Shown here: positions 43,267-53,374 of the stretch, piece by piece | Numbering within the stretch: the stretch's first letter is position 1 | How the letters are laid out: each line of letters begins with the position of its first letter | Source: a virus | Length of the DNA stretch: 64,000 bases | Direction: 5' to 3' (one strand) | Virus record (IMG/VR): IMGVR_UViG_3300021090_000723 | Location: 40,904 to 104,903 of that record | The notes under the pieces: model-generated | The model's database searches: none | What the model was told of the DNA's origin: nothing | The model's input: the letters and a program-made list of their open reading frames with translations, nothing else | Program-made: the position numbers and the translations under genes

Positions 43267-44621
43267 TGGACCTTGCCTCCTGAACGCAGCGTGGTGATCG
43301 GCTGCATGCCGTTGTTCTGCGGGAGCATGGTGTTCGCCATCGGTGGCCCGCCCATGCCCATGCCCATGCCAAGGCTCGGATCAACCATACCGCCCATATT
43401 GAGCTTGAGCTTCGTCGGCCTCTGGCCCTTGTGCATGCCGGTCTCGTGCTGGCGGACGCCCTTCTTGACCATCGCGCGGTCCTGGGAGACGTCGCCATTC
43501 ACAGATCCGCCCTTCGCCATGCGCATCTTGCCCTGGGTCTTACCGGCGATCCGCTTGGCGATGATCTTGCCCGCCATTTCGCCAAGGCTCGAACCCGCTT
43601 GCGCGAGTGCCGGCGGCAGCGCCACGCCGGTGTCACCCTGGCTGCGCCCGTTGCCCTGAAAGCCGGGCGTCGGCTGCGGCGGAGCCATCGGGCCTGAAGG
43701 CTGGGTCGTCTGGAACGGGGCCTGTTGGGCCGCCTTGGCGGCGGTCGCCTTTTGCTGCATCGCCTGCATGATGGTGCCGATCATGCCGCCTGCGGGGGCG
43801 ACCTTGCCGCCCGTGGCCATGGCGCGCCTGGGCACGCCCGCGCGACGGCTGACTCGGCTGGCGAGATCGTTGACCGCCGTCTGCATCACCGGTGGCGGCA
43901 GCGTTTGCGTCGGCATGCCCGGACCAGGCTGCGCGCCTGGGAGCTTCCCGGCGTCCATGGTCGCCGTGCCGCCGAACGTCTGCGGGTTGAGTGGCACGGG
44001 CTGCGCCATCGGTGTCGGCGGCGCCATGGGCGTCGGTTTGGCCATCGTGAGCGCGCCAGGCTGCATGGGCGTGATCCCGCCAATCGCGTATTTCTTGACC
44101 TTGCCGCCCTTGGCGTATTTCTGCTTGGCGGTGGCTTTACCGGCCCCTCCGGCCGCCGCTCCGGCGTCGCCAGCCTTGGAGAGCGCCTTGTTGACCTTGT
44201 CCATGGCGTTGCCCATCGGGTGGGCCTTCACGACTGCGCCGAACAGGCGCTCCGCGAGCGAGGGCGCTGGCTTCTTCACCGTGCCGCCTTCGGCATAACC
44301 CTTCTTCGCCATGCCGCCGCGGCACATCTTCTGGGCCTGTGCGGCGCGCATCAGATTGGCGTTGCGGTCGCCCTTGTTGACCTTGCCGCCCTTCTTGAAG
44401 CCGTAGCCGCCGCTCTGCCGCCAGTTGTGCTCGGCCTTGTTGTCCGCCTTCGCCTTGTCCGACGTCGGATCGGTCGAGGGGTTCAGCTGTCGGTTCGTGA
44501 CCGGGCCCCCATTGGCGAACGCCTGCGGCTTGTGTCCTGACGGCGAGAACACATGGCGATTGTCGAAGTCTCTTCCTCCGAAGTCCTTGCCCTCGGGCAG
44601 ATAACGAAGCGTTTTGCTCAT
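43263..44621 (-). CDS. Low-complexity basic internal head protein with about ten xAxGGxV motifs
   Basis: K/M/G/P-rich; repeated motif. Confidence 0.7.
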   Translation of the reverse strand: MSKTLRYLPEGKDFGGRDFDNRHVFSPSGHKPQAFANGGPVTNRQLNPSTDPTSDKAKADNKAEHNWRQSGGYGFKKGGKVNKGDRNANLMRAAQAQKMCRGGMAKKGYAEGGTVKKPAPSLAERLFGAVVKAHPMGNAMDKVNKALSKAGDAGAAAGGAGKATAKQKYAKGGKVKKYAIGGITPMQPGALTMAKPTPMAPPTPMAQPVPLNPQTFGGTATMDAGKLPGAQPGPGMPTQTLPPPVMQTAVNDLASRVSRRAGVPRRAMATGGKVAPAGGMIGTIMQAMQQKATAAKAAQQAPFQTTQPSGPMAPPQPTPGFQGNGRSQGDTGVALPPALAQAGSSLGEMAGKIIAKRIAGKTQGKMRMAKGGSVNGDVSQDRAMVKKGVRQHETGMHKGQRPTKLKLNMGGMVDPSLGMGMGMGGPPMANTMLPQNNGMQPITTLRSGGKVH

Positions 44622-44650
44622 GGTCGACTCACCCTTTGGTTGACGTGATA

Positions 44651-45529
44651 CTACCCGACAAGGCCGGGGATTGATGTTCTTCCTGTTGGCGGCACGAGCG
44701 GCGTGTAATCGAGCACGAGCAGACCTTGGCCGCCGTCGCGTGGTGAAGCGTTTCCCGCGCCGCCGCCGCCGCCATAGGTGGCACCTTGTCCGGTCACTCC
44801 CGCTGCTTTCCGCCCGCCGCCACCGCCGCCGGAGCCGTGTGTGGCATCAAATGCTTGGTCCATCGCGCCGTTGAAGCCACTCTGATTGCCAGCGACGCCG
44901 CCCGCGCCGCCACCGCCCGTACCAGGGGTGCCTGGATTACCGGCCGTGCCGCCGCCCGTGCCGCCTACGCCGTCACCACCTTGCCCTTGCCCATCGGTGT
45001 TGCCCGCTTCACCACTATTTGCACCGCCGCCACCGCCCGCTGGCTGAGCGCTGATACCGTTGCCGCCTGCACCGCCTGCGCCACTCGGCCCACCGGCACC
45101 GCCGCCGGCACCACACGCTGTATTGCTACCGGCCGCTCCGGGTCCGGTCCCACCCGTGCCGCCATTTGCGTTTCCGTCCGGCCCTGTGCCCCCGGTCCCG
45201 CCCGTTCCAGCCTGACCAAAATTGCCGCCGTTCTTGGCTTCAAGGATGATCGTGCCGCCGCCGCCGTTCTGGTTTTTCAACCATGTTCCGGCCACGGCGT
45301 TGCCAGCGTTCGGGGCCACCACATTGATGTCGTAAGCCCCACCAGCGACAAGACCGGCCGGGTTGTTGATGCGCCGATACTCGCCACCACCGCCCGCGCG
45401 AACGGTCGCTTGATTGGTGCCGCCTTGGCCGCCGGCACCGATCGCGTGCCACGCCGCGGCGGCAGGGTCGTAATCGGCCGGCAGTACGATCTGGCTGGCC
45501 CCGAGCGTGGTGTAGAAAACCAGGGTCAT
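44651..45529 (-). CDS. Glycine-rich domain virion protein
   Basis: HAIGAGG...GGQGLLVLDY; poly-Gly runs. Confidence 0.75.
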   Translation of the reverse strand: MTLVFYTTLGASQIVLPADYDPAAAAWHAIGAGGQGGTNQATVRAGGGGEYRRINNPAGLVAGGAYDINVVAPNAGNAVAGTWLKNQNGGGGTIILEAKNGGNFGQAGTGGTGGTGPDGNANGGTGGTGPGAAGSNTACGAGGGAGGPSGAGGAGGNGISAQPAGGGGGANSGEAGNTDGQGQGGDGVGGTGGGTAGNPGTPGTGGGGAGGVAGNQSGFNGAMDQAFDATHGSGGGGGGRKAAGVTGQGATYGGGGGAGNASPRDGGQGLLVLDYTPLVPPTGRTSIPGLVG

Positions 45530-45852
45530 GAGGGCCCCGCCGATCGGATGGTGGGGCTGACCCCCGGATCAAGCTCCTGGTCCTTCTCCCGCTCGACGCG
45601 GCCGGCCTCAACCTGGTCCATGCGCTGGAGTTCGGCATGGATGGCGGGTGGCAGTCCTTTGTCGCTGGCCTCAACGCAGGCCCGGTGCAGCGAGCGCTGA
45701 TCGGTGCAGGCTCGATAGACCCGCGCATCGAGGATGACTTGGGTGTGGCCCTTCGGGTTGAAGGCTGGGTCGGTGGCGAGCGCCTTGGACGACGCGCCCG
45801 AGACGGTGATCGCGATCAAGCCCTGCTCATCGAAGATGACCGCGATCGTCAT
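45526..45852 (-). CDS. Hypothetical protein
   Basis: ATGA-coupled on both sides. Confidence 0.6.
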   Translation of the reverse strand: MTIAVIFDEQGLIAITVSGASSKALATDPAFNPKGHTQVILDARVYRACTDQRSLHRACVEASDKGLPPAIHAELQRMDQVEAGRVEREKDQELDPGVSPTIRSAGPS

Positions 45853-46424
45853 GACTTGCGCACCCTCAGACCGAGCTCCACCCGCTCGATGTCCGTCACG
45901 CTGTCGACGTTGAAGCGGTAGGTGTCACCGGCCGCGAACGCCGTATCCCAACCGGTCAGCGTGTTGTCCTGCGACTTGTCGGATGGCCCTGAGATCGTGG
46001 GGGGCGTACCACCTGACGTGATGGAATCGGCGTCCGTCGGCGGGTAGTTGGCATAGGTGTCCTTCCAGATGTCGATGACGATTGCGCCTGATTGATCGGC
46101 GAGCATCGTATAGCCGAGCAGTTCGCCATCGAAGTCCCAGTGGTGATCGCCCTTGATGCCGGTCGTGATCTCCGCGCCGCCGCCGTCGATGACGATGGGC
46201 AGCGTCGTGATGTTGTCGACCCAGGACGCATCGAAATCGGTGCCCGAATCCTTGTGCAGGATCTGGCCCGCCGCGCCGCCGGTCGGGAGCGTGCCAGGAA
46301 CAGGGCCGCCGCCTTCCCAGTCTGCATCGAAGTTGTCGTTGGATTCCTTGGTCAGAACCTGCCCGGTGAGACCACCTGGTGGCAGACCAGGGGTTGCTAC
46401 GACTCCAGCCCCGCCGACGCTCAT
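45849..46424 (-). CDS. Fibre-like virion protein
   Basis: LP.GG..GQ.L.K.S...FDA.W occurs twice. Confidence 0.7.
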   Translation of the reverse strand: MSVGGAGVVATPGLPPGGLTGQVLTKESNDNFDADWEGGGPVPGTLPTGGAAGQILHKDSGTDFDASWVDNITTLPIVIDGGGAEITTGIKGDHHWDFDGELLGYTMLADQSGAIVIDIWKDTYANYPPTDADSITSGGTPPTISGPSDKSQDNTLTGWDTAFAAGDTYRFNVDSVTDIERVELGLRVRKS

Positions 46425-46591
46425 GACGTCAATCCCTTCTTGGGCTCGAGATCGGCATCGATCAGTTCAGCGAACTCGAACTCTTCCGGCGGCTCCGGAT
46501 CAGGCTGAACGATGCCCGAGACTTGGCTGACGCCCGCGCCCGAGACGACACCGCCAGAAAGCGACACCCCGGTGGAGGTGCTGACACCCAC
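46421..46591 (-). CDS. Small hypothetical protein (MGVSTSTGVSLSGG...)
   Basis: 56 aa; fills the gap; ATGA overlap with the downstream gene. Confidence 0.5.
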   Translation of the reverse strand: MGVSTSTGVSLSGGVVSGAGVSQVSGIVQPDPEPPEEFEFAELIDADLEPKKGLTS

Positions 46592-46595
46592 AAGG

Positions 46596-46943
46596 TCACC
46601 GCCCTGTGCTCTGGATGATCGTCAACTGCCCGACGTCGGTCCCATTGGCATCTGCGGCAAGCCGGATCGCCCTGACCGAGAAGGCGTAGTTGCCGTCCTC
46701 GTCCGCAACCATGGCCGCCATGGTCGGATGGCTGAACCACTTCGCATTGGCGTTGTAGAGATCCGCCGACGCATACGACCATGGGTCCTCGAAGCAATGC
46801 TGGACCGTGAAACCCGTCGTGTTGCCGTTCGTGTTGAACCCCATGCCGACGTTGAAGGGGTTCTCGTAGATGTCCATCGGGCACGGCGCGCTCAAGCTGG
46901 GCGTAGCGCCATTGCCGGTCAGGGTTAGCGTAACAGGCCGCAT
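46596..46943 (-). CDS. Small beta-sandwich virion protein
   Basis: FTVQH.F.D..WF.H..GNY...VRAIRL. Confidence 0.7.
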   Translation of the reverse strand: MRPVTLTLTGNGATPSLSAPCPMDIYENPFNVGMGFNTNGNTTGFTVQHCFEDPWSYASADLYNANAKWFSHPTMAAMVADEDGNYAFSVRAIRLAADANGTDVGQLTIIQSTGR

Positions 46944-46958
46944 GGGATTCTCCGCCGG

Positions 46959-47342
46959 TTACGGGTTGGGGCTGTCGCCCGTTCCCGTGGCTGCTGGGGC
47001 TCCGTCACCCGTGGGTGCTGGCGTGCCTTCGCCCGTCGGCGCGGTGCTTCCATTGCCTGTCGGCGCTGGCGCTCCAGCTGGGCCCGACGTGGTTTCGGGT
47101 CCATCGGCCGGTGCATCGCCCGTGCCGGACTCTGCCGGCGGTGCGGGAGGCTGCTGGGGCAGAGGCATCTGCTCTTCCTCGACCTCGTCCGGCGGCCCGT
47201 CAAAGGCGGCTGAGATACCGGCCTGAATGGCAACCTTGACGTCATCGAAGCTGGGCGCGCCGCGATAGGGCTGGGCCGCAAAGGCTGCGTCGATGCTCTT
47301 GCCGATGTGCGCCAGCATGCGAGCCTTCGTTTCGTCGTCCAT
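46959..47342 (-). CDS. Protein with a disordered Pro/Gly/Thr tail
   Basis: Repeated APTG(N/E/D)G motifs. Confidence 0.55.
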   Translation of the reverse strand: MDDETKARMLAHIGKSIDAAFAAQPYRGAPSFDDVKVAIQAGISAAFDGPPDEVEEEQMPLPQQPPAPPAESGTGDAPADGPETTSGPAGAPAPTGNGSTAPTGEGTPAPTGDGAPAATGTGDSPNP

Positions 47343-47403
47343 GGGACTTCCTCTCTTGAGGGCTGGACCTGCCGCGACCACGCGGCCGCAGCAGGCCTAA
47401 ACC

Positions 47404-48327
47404 TCAGCTGTTGAAGGCCGCGCCGTTCACCAGGCCGGCTGCATCGTAGTTGCCGGTGAAGATGACGTTCGGCTGGCCGCTGATGTCGAACTGAGCCGCG
47501 ATCAGGGCCGCATCGGCGAAGAAGTTTCCGCAGATGAGAGCCGAGTTCGCCGCCAGATCGCCCGCAGCGCCCTGGTCCATGTCCGCGTAGACGAACGCCG
47601 CCCCGACGGTCATGAAATAGTTCGCCGCGATCAGCGTATTGAGGAAGATGCCCGCGCCGCCGCCCGAGACGTTGACCAGCGACTGGAGATCCACGGCGTT
47701 GCCGACGAAGCGGTTGCCGATGACCCTGTTGTCGGTGGTGCCCACGCCCGATGGATTCGCCGCGTGCTGGAACGCCAGCCCGTAGCCCGCCGCGTTGCCC
47801 CGGAACAGGTTGCCCTGGATGAGGCCCTCGGATGCGGTGTAGCCGTCATCCGCTGCGAGGCCGACCAGGCGCAGGAGCGCTTCGGTGGCGCCTTGACCGT
47901 CACCGTCGAACACGCAGCCAGTGTACTCGAAGCCGTTGCCGTTCTGCTGGACAACGTCCGAATCCGCCGAAGAGAGGCGGAGATTGCGGGCGATGAAGCC
48001 TTGGGCCTCGACTTTGAGGGTCACGCCCGCGCTCGCGACCAAGTCCGGCTTGCCGTAGCCCGACAGGTTCGCGCCCATGATCGTGATGTAGTCCTTGGTG
48101 ATGACCAAGTTCTCGTCGTACTCGCCGGGGAAGACGAAGATGGTGTCGCCGGGGCGCGCGGAATCGTAGGCGTTCTGGATGGCTGGGAACGGTTCGGCAG
48201 GGCTGATGCCCGTGCCGGCCGCCGAGCCGTTTACGAACCAGACCTTGCCGTTGACGCTCGGGATCGAGACCCCTGGTGTCAGGAGCGGCATGCCTGCTCC
48301 GAAAACCATGTCTGAAAAGCTCGTCAT
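47404..48327 (-). CDS. Right-handed beta-helix (pectin-lyase-like) head decoration or spike protein
   Basis: G.SP..PF..IQ.A...A.PGDTI.V.PGEY.E; Asn ladders. Confidence 0.75.
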   Translation of the reverse strand: MTSFSDMVFGAGMPLLTPGVSIPSVNGKVWFVNGSAAGTGISPAEPFPAIQNAYDSARPGDTIFVFPGEYDENLVITKDYITIMGANLSGYGKPDLVASAGVTLKVEAQGFIARNLRLSSADSDVVQQNGNGFEYTGCVFDGDGQGATEALLRLVGLAADDGYTASEGLIQGNLFRGNAAGYGLAFQHAANPSGVGTTDNRVIGNRFVGNAVDLQSLVNVSGGGAGIFLNTLIAANYFMTVGAAFVYADMDQGAAGDLAANSALICGNFFADAALIAAQFDISGQPNVIFTGNYDAAGLVNGAAFNS

Positions 48328-48392
48328 GACTGTTCTCCCTGTGCTGATGGCGTGACGCGATTAAGCGCCACGCCCCAGCGAAGAGGCCTCGG

Positions 48393-49307
48393 TTAGAGAC
48401 CGGCGGTGCCGAACACGGTGCGCGGGTCGGTCCATCCGGGGATGTACCGTTCCGTCGCCTTGTAGCGGGCGGTGTCGGTCTCGAAGTCGCCTTCCATGGA
48501 CCGCTTCAGGCCACGGCGCTTCACGAGCTTGAGGCCCTCGGGAGCGTTCGTGTTGACCCACCACGCCGTCGTGGAGGTCAAGCGGCTCATGTTGTACTGG
48601 CCCTCGGTCAAAAGTTGCATACTTTTGATCGGGTTGATGTCGTTGTTCGCAGTTCCCGTGCGAAGCGCGGACTTCAAGATCGTCTCGGCCTGGAAGATGT
48701 TCGAGGGCGAGCAGGTGATCGCGCGCGGCATGAGCCGGATCTTCTTGCCGTTGTTGTCGACGGCGCCGCGGACCTGGATGAGCATCTGCTCGAGCGAGGT
48801 CTGCGAGAGCACCGCGGCGATGGCAAGCTGATTGCTGAACGTGCCGTTGGCGATCGGGTGGGCAGTCGAGACAAGCGAGACGCCATCGCCGCCAGGGAAC
48901 GCGCCGTTGAACGCCCGATTGAGGATGTTCGCGGTCAGCGTTTCCTTCGTTTCGATCAGCGACTGCGCCAGGTGGCGCGAGTAGATCTGGCCGATGCGGA
49001 TGTGGTCGCCGTCTTCCACCAGGATCTGGGTGAGCGCGAACGCCAACCCGAACACGCGATACTGGTAGCGCTTGATGAACAGGGTTCCGCCCTGCTGGTA
49101 ACTCACTGGCATACCATCAGGAATCTCGGGTGCGGCTCCAAAACCGAACAGCACCGGTTCTTCATGATAGTTACGCGGCGTCCCGGTGATTTCTTTGAAC
49201 GGACCCTTCCATTCGTCGGTACGCTGCTCGTAAAGACCGTCGAATTCCTCGTTGAGGATGGGCTCGACGATTGCTCTGAAGTCTGTGGACCTCATTGCGA
49301 TGGACAT
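48393..49307 (-). CDS. Major capsid protein
   Basis: EP.L.GFGAAP...G..V.Y; KE...ANILNRAF..GGDGVSL...HP; GDFET...YKATERY..GW.DPR. Confidence 0.88.
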   Translation of the reverse strand: MSIAMRSTDFRAIVEPILNEEFDGLYEQRTDEWKGPFKEITGTPRNYHEEPVLFGFGAAPEIPDGMPVSYQQGGTLFIKRYQYRVFGLAFALTQILVEDGDHIRIGQIYSRHLAQSLIETKETLTANILNRAFNGAFPGGDGVSLVSTAHPIANGTFSNQLAIAAVLSQTSLEQMLIQVRGAVDNNGKKIRLMPRAITCSPSNIFQAETILKSALRTGTANNDINPIKSMQLLTEGQYNMSRLTSTTAWWVNTNAPEGLKLVKRRGLKRSMEGDFETDTARYKATERYIPGWTDPRTVFGTAGL

Positions 49308-49383
49308 GGGACTCTCCTTCAAGTTCTGGTCAGAAGGCGGAGGAACCGAATTAGGGCGCCCCCGAGACTGGTCAGGGCTCTCC

Positions 49384-49980
49384 TTAGCCGGGTGAGGTCT
49401 GGAAGCCGGACACGGCTTGCGGGTAGCTGATCGCAACGATCAGGTCGGTGAACGCATCGCCGACAAGCTCGTTGATGCCTTCGCCGAATTCGATCAGCTG
49501 CAACTGGCCCTGCACGCCCACGCCGACCGCGGCTGCTGCCGCCGTCATGGCCGAGAGGCCCGTGACGGTGCTGCCGGCGGCGAAGTTCGACAGGTTGAAC
49601 TGGTCGCCATAGGCGGCCTGAGCGACCGTGCCGTCCGCTTGGATGCGGAAGCGCATGTTGTCCACCCATGCCGGGCAGATGCAGGCCTCCATTTTGTCGA
49701 GCCCTGCCACATAGGTGGAGCCCGACGGCCAGAAGTCCGCCACCACCGGGCGTTGGCCCGTTGGCGTGTATTCGACGCCCATGAACACGCCGTAGATCTT
49801 GTCGGTCGTCGCCGTGACCGGGGTGATGGTCCCGTTGACGGTGTCAAGCTTCACGGCCTGGTACTTGAAGATGTTGGCGGCGAGCCCGGACGCGATCCCG
49901 TTCTTCAGGACGAGCGGCCGGACCGTGCCGGAAAAGTCGCTGATGGGCTGGAGCCCATAAGGCGCTGCTGTTGCACTCAT
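49384..49980 (-). CDS. Capsid cement/decoration protein
   Basis: APYGL.P..GVFMGVEY..F.IQADG; directly upstream of the capsid gene. Confidence 0.75.
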   Translation of the reverse strand: MSATAAPYGLQPISDFSGTVRPLVLKNGIASGLAANIFKYQAVKLDTVNGTITPVTATTDKIYGVFMGVEYTPTGQRPVVADFWPSGSTYVAGLDKMEACICPAWVDNMRFRIQADGTVAQAAYGDQFNLSNFAAGSTVTGLSAMTAAAAAVGVGVQGQLQLIEFGEGINELVGDAFTDLIVAISYPQAVSGFQTSPG

Positions 49981-50035
49981 TGTGGTCTCCCACGGTCAAG
50001 GTTTCACCGTGGGCGCGAACAAGGTTTGGAGGTCT

Positions 50036-50674
50036 CTAGCTCGAGAACTCCGGCATTGGCCGCGCCCGTTGGACGATATCGGCCGTACCATCGCCTTCCT
50101 CAGCGATTCTGGTCCCCACTGTCTGCGCTGCATCCTTGAGGCCTGTGACGACGGCCCGGAGCTTTTCTTCTTCGGCTCGGGGGAGCGTGTCGTGGACCTC
50201 AACCATGTAGCGGTTGTAGAGGCGGAGAGAGATTCGCGCCGCGACCATTTCGTTGACGCTGATGACGCCCTTGTATTCCCCGGACTTGAGGCTTTCGCCT
50301 CTCCAGCCAGCGATCATGTCCTGCGTGATGAGCTCGTAGCCCATACGGACTCGCATCGCGATGCTGTCTCGGGGATTGGTCGTCGTCAGCCAACAAAGAT
50401 GGTAACCCGGCATAGGTGGAAGGTTCGGTAGGACCGATTGCACGATCGAGGACTGGAAGAGAGCGAAGCGTTCGTCCTCGGTCAGTTCCCGATCTGGATT
50501 GTTGATGTCCCGCTCGTTGTGGTCTGTGTCGCGGCCATCATCCTGGCCCTCGCGTGACGTCTCACGGGCGGCATCCGCTTGCGCGGCGGCAGGCTTAGAA
50601 CGGGTGCGCGCATTTTTAGGCGCAACGCCGTCGCCATCTGCCAGGCTCGATTCCGTGTGTTGTTTCGCGGCCAT
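50036..50674 (-). CDS. Conserved head-module protein
   Basis: LP..P..PGYH.CW...R...GYE. Confidence 0.7.
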   Translation of the reverse strand: MAAKQHTESSLADGDGVAPKNARTRSKPAAAQADAARETSREGQDDGRDTDHNERDINNPDRELTEDERFALFQSSIVQSVLPNLPPMPGYHLCWLTTTNPRDSIAMRVRMGYELITQDMIAGWRGESLKSGEYKGVISVNEMVAARISLRLYNRYMVEVHDTLPRAEEEKLRAVVTGLKDAAQTVGTRIAEEGDGTADIVQRARPMPEFSS

Positions 50675-50686
50675 GGATTACGTCCC

Positions 50687-52018
50687 TCAACTCTTGGTCA
50701 GACCGTGTGTGCGGTCGAAGTCCGCATACTGCCGGAGCATGCGCTGGAATTTTGGTGGGTCAGCGATTGTGCCGTCGGCTTGGACGACACCGGCATCGAT
50801 GAGTGCCTTCTTGCGTTCGGGAGTGACCTTGACTTGGTTCTTCCCGCCTCCGGACGACCGCTGCTCGGCCGCCCCACTGGTCATTGGCCCACGCCGTTCC
50901 GGCTGAGCCTGTTGCCGTTCGCGCCGCCCATCGCCGTTCGCGTGGCCATTGGCCTGGCGTCGGGCGGGCTGGCGTTCTTGACGCTGCTGGCGGTCGCCAG
51001 CGTCGTCCTCGTCCTCGAAGTGTTCCGGGAGGCGCGCAGCCAAGCGCTTGTTGAGTTCGTCCCAGTAGTCGTCGTTCTCGGGGTTGAACCCGGCCTTGCG
51101 GACCTGGTTGTCGATGAAGATGGTCAGCTGCGAGTCTTCGTCGCCGCCGTTCGGATCGAACCAATCGTGCTGGGCGCAGAACTCGTCCACGCGGCGGAGG
51201 CCACGGGCGCTCAGCTTGCTGGCGGGCTGGTCACGCCGCGGCCGACGGTCACCACCATCGTCCTGGCGGTTCTCGCTGCGGTTGCCCCGGTTGTCGCGGT
51301 CGTCATCTTCCGGTGCTCTGCGCTTGTACTCGTCGCGCGCGCCCTCGGCCTGGAGCTTCGCAACAAATGCTGCTTGTTGCTTGTCGAGGGCGGCTACAAC
51401 CGTCTCCTCATCACCTTCGCGCAGCGCCTTCGCGAAGGCCTTCTTTGCCGCATCAAGCTCGGCGGTGGCGGCGGTGACGTTGTTCTCGAGGTTGGTGGCG
51501 GCTTCCTTGGAGAAGCGCTTCTCGATGTGGGCGAGGCGCGGCTCGGTCTCATCTTGCGCGGCCCGTAGACGCCGGATCTCGGCCTTCAGATCGTCGTTCT
51601 CTTTGTCCTTGCGGGCGCGGGCATTGCGCTGGCGCTCGCGGCGTGAAGAGCGGCTTTCCCAGCGCTCGTTGCCACGGCCCTTGCCGTTGATGAGCGGTTC
51701 ATCGTGCTCGCCGCGGCCCTGGTCGTCTTCCGAGAGCGTGGCCTCGCGGCGGTCGGGATCGTCATCGTCCTGGCCGTCATCGACCTGGTCGTCCCGACCC
51801 TGGGTGGCAGGGTTGAGCGGTCTGCCTTTGTCGTCGACCTCGAAGGCCTCGAACTGGTCGTCGGCCTGTTGCTGGGCGTTCCTCAGGACGGGCTGCTGGG
51901 GAGCAGCGAGCCGTTCGAGCCGTTCATTGCCGTTGACCACGACTTCGCGGCTCTCGCCGTCATCGCCGTCGTCCTCGGTGATTACGTTCGTCTTCTGGGG
52001 TGCAGCTGCGCGGGCCAT
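50687..52018 (-). CDS. Capsid scaffolding-like protein
   Basis: Acidic coiled coil; WF..G..P...YW.EL..RL; position. Confidence 0.7.
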   Translation of the reverse strand: MARAAAPQKTNVITEDDGDDGESREVVVNGNERLERLAAPQQPVLRNAQQQADDQFEAFEVDDKGRPLNPATQGRDDQVDDGQDDDDPDRREATLSEDDQGRGEHDEPLINGKGRGNERWESRSSRRERQRNARARKDKENDDLKAEIRRLRAAQDETEPRLAHIEKRFSKEAATNLENNVTAATAELDAAKKAFAKALREGDEETVVAALDKQQAAFVAKLQAEGARDEYKRRAPEDDDRDNRGNRSENRQDDGGDRRPRRDQPASKLSARGLRRVDEFCAQHDWFDPNGGDEDSQLTIFIDNQVRKAGFNPENDDYWDELNKRLAARLPEHFEDEDDAGDRQQRQERQPARRQANGHANGDGRRERQQAQPERRGPMTSGAAEQRSSGGGKNQVKVTPERKKALIDAGVVQADGTIADPPKFQRMLRQYADFDRTHGLTKS

Positions 52019-52031
52019 GTTCGCGATCTCA

Positions 52032-52706
52032 TCAATCCAGGAAGGCTTTGACTTTGAGGGGGTCACCCGTAATGACGCCGAGGATGTCCTTCGCCTTGAA
52101 CAGGCAGAAGATGATCTCCTCGCGGCGCGTGCTGGGCTCGAAGTGATCCGAGCCCGGCTCTTTCAGGCGATAGACGTGGTCGTACTCGACAGCGAAGCGG
52201 TCGCCGCCGTATCTGGGGACACGGACGTATTCGCCCAGTTCAAACCAGGCGCCCTCCACGTAGGGCACCATGATGTCGTGAGGGGCCTCGCCAGCGATGG
52301 CGGGCTGGACCTCTTTCACGGTCTTGAAGCAAAGCGGCCCTAAGGCGATCACCTTGGCCACCTGGGTGTTGTAATACTCGGTCGCACGGGTCTCCGCGAC
52401 CAGTTCCACCCCGCCGGCGCTGAAGCGCTTGGGCTGGCGGATCTGGACTAGCACCACCGCCCCGAGGGGCTTGATGCCTGGGTCGATCGCCGGGAAGGCT
52501 TCGTCGAGCGAGTCGTACTTGAACCCCAGCGCGTTGCCCGAGGTCAGCAGCGACTGTGCGTCCCCTTGCTTGGATGGCGCCTGGTCGTACCGGCTTCGGG
52601 TCCGGGTGGGCGTTTTGTTGAACTCTGCGATTGGTGCAGCCGCCCGGCGCCTGGTCCGGGCCGTCTTCAGTACCGTGACGTTGGAAGCAGCCGCCCTGGA
52701 AGCCAT
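52032..52706 (-). CDS. GroES-like co-chaperonin
   Basis: IKPLG.VVLV, AGGVEL, KVIALGP, GEYV..PRYGG and DILGVI motifs. Confidence 0.8.
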   Translation of the reverse strand: MASRAAASNVTVLKTARTRRRAAAPIAEFNKTPTRTRSRYDQAPSKQGDAQSLLTSGNALGFKYDSLDEAFPAIDPGIKPLGAVVLVQIRQPKRFSAGGVELVAETRATEYYNTQVAKVIALGPLCFKTVKEVQPAIAGEAPHDIMVPYVEGAWFELGEYVRVPRYGGDRFAVEYDHVYRLKEPGSDHFEPSTRREEIIFCLFKAKDILGVITGDPLKVKAFLD

Positions 52707-52903
52707 TAGTCGTGGTCTCCCGTGAGCGCCATGTCCTTGCGGCCCGCTTCGCGCATCAGTTCGACGGCCTTATCCAGGCCGCGACAGATGCCCTTAAGCT
52801 CCGTCAATCCATGGGAATCGCCGTTGGCCAACTTCATTGCCGAGTCCGCCATCTTTCGCTTTTCCGCATCGATCAACTGCTCAAAGTGGGTCTTTGCCGC
52901 CAT
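52706..52903 (-). CDS. Small helical head-module protein
   Basis: G...GL motif; TAATG coupling. Confidence 0.65.
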   Translation of the reverse strand: MAAKTHFEQLIDAEKRKMADSAMKLANGDSHGLTELKGICRGLDKAVELMREAGRKDMALTGDHD

Positions 52904-53095
52904 CGGTGCCGCGAGGGTTGCGGCAACCAGAGTAGGAGCGCAATCCCTCACCACAAGATGTGCGATTGCGCGCTATAGGTTGCGATAGGCTTGCAACGGC
53001 GTTGGATTATTTTCATAACCATCGCGACACCAGAGACGGCGATTCGTTCCGCCGGTCTTCCGCGCAGAGGTGCAGGTGCCTCGAATCAAAGCAGG

Positions 53096-53374
53096 ATGGC
53101 GCCAGTGAACGACACTCCGGCCCGGGCCTATCTCTCCCGCAAAGAAGCCGCCGACTATCTCACCGAAAAATACTTCCCGATCTCGAAATACGCGCTCGCC
53201 CGATATGCGATGGACGGGACTGGCCCCGAGGCGCGCACGCGGCCAGGCGGCGGCCAATGCCTCTACCTCAAGACGGAGCTCGACACCTGGGCCAATGCGT
53301 TCCCGGTCGTCGGCGGCCACAAGCAAAGGAAGCGCCAGCGTGGTGTTGGCGCGCTATCAGGAGCAAAGCGATGA
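53096..53374 (+). CDS. AlpA/excisionase-like HTH protein
   Basis: YLSRKEAADYL..L...A..G.GP..LY...ELD.WA. Confidence 0.75.
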   Translation: MAPVNDTPARAYLSRKEAADYLTEKYFPISKYALARYAMDGTGPEARTRPGGGQCLYLKTELDTWANAFPVVGGHKQRKRQRGVGALSGAKR

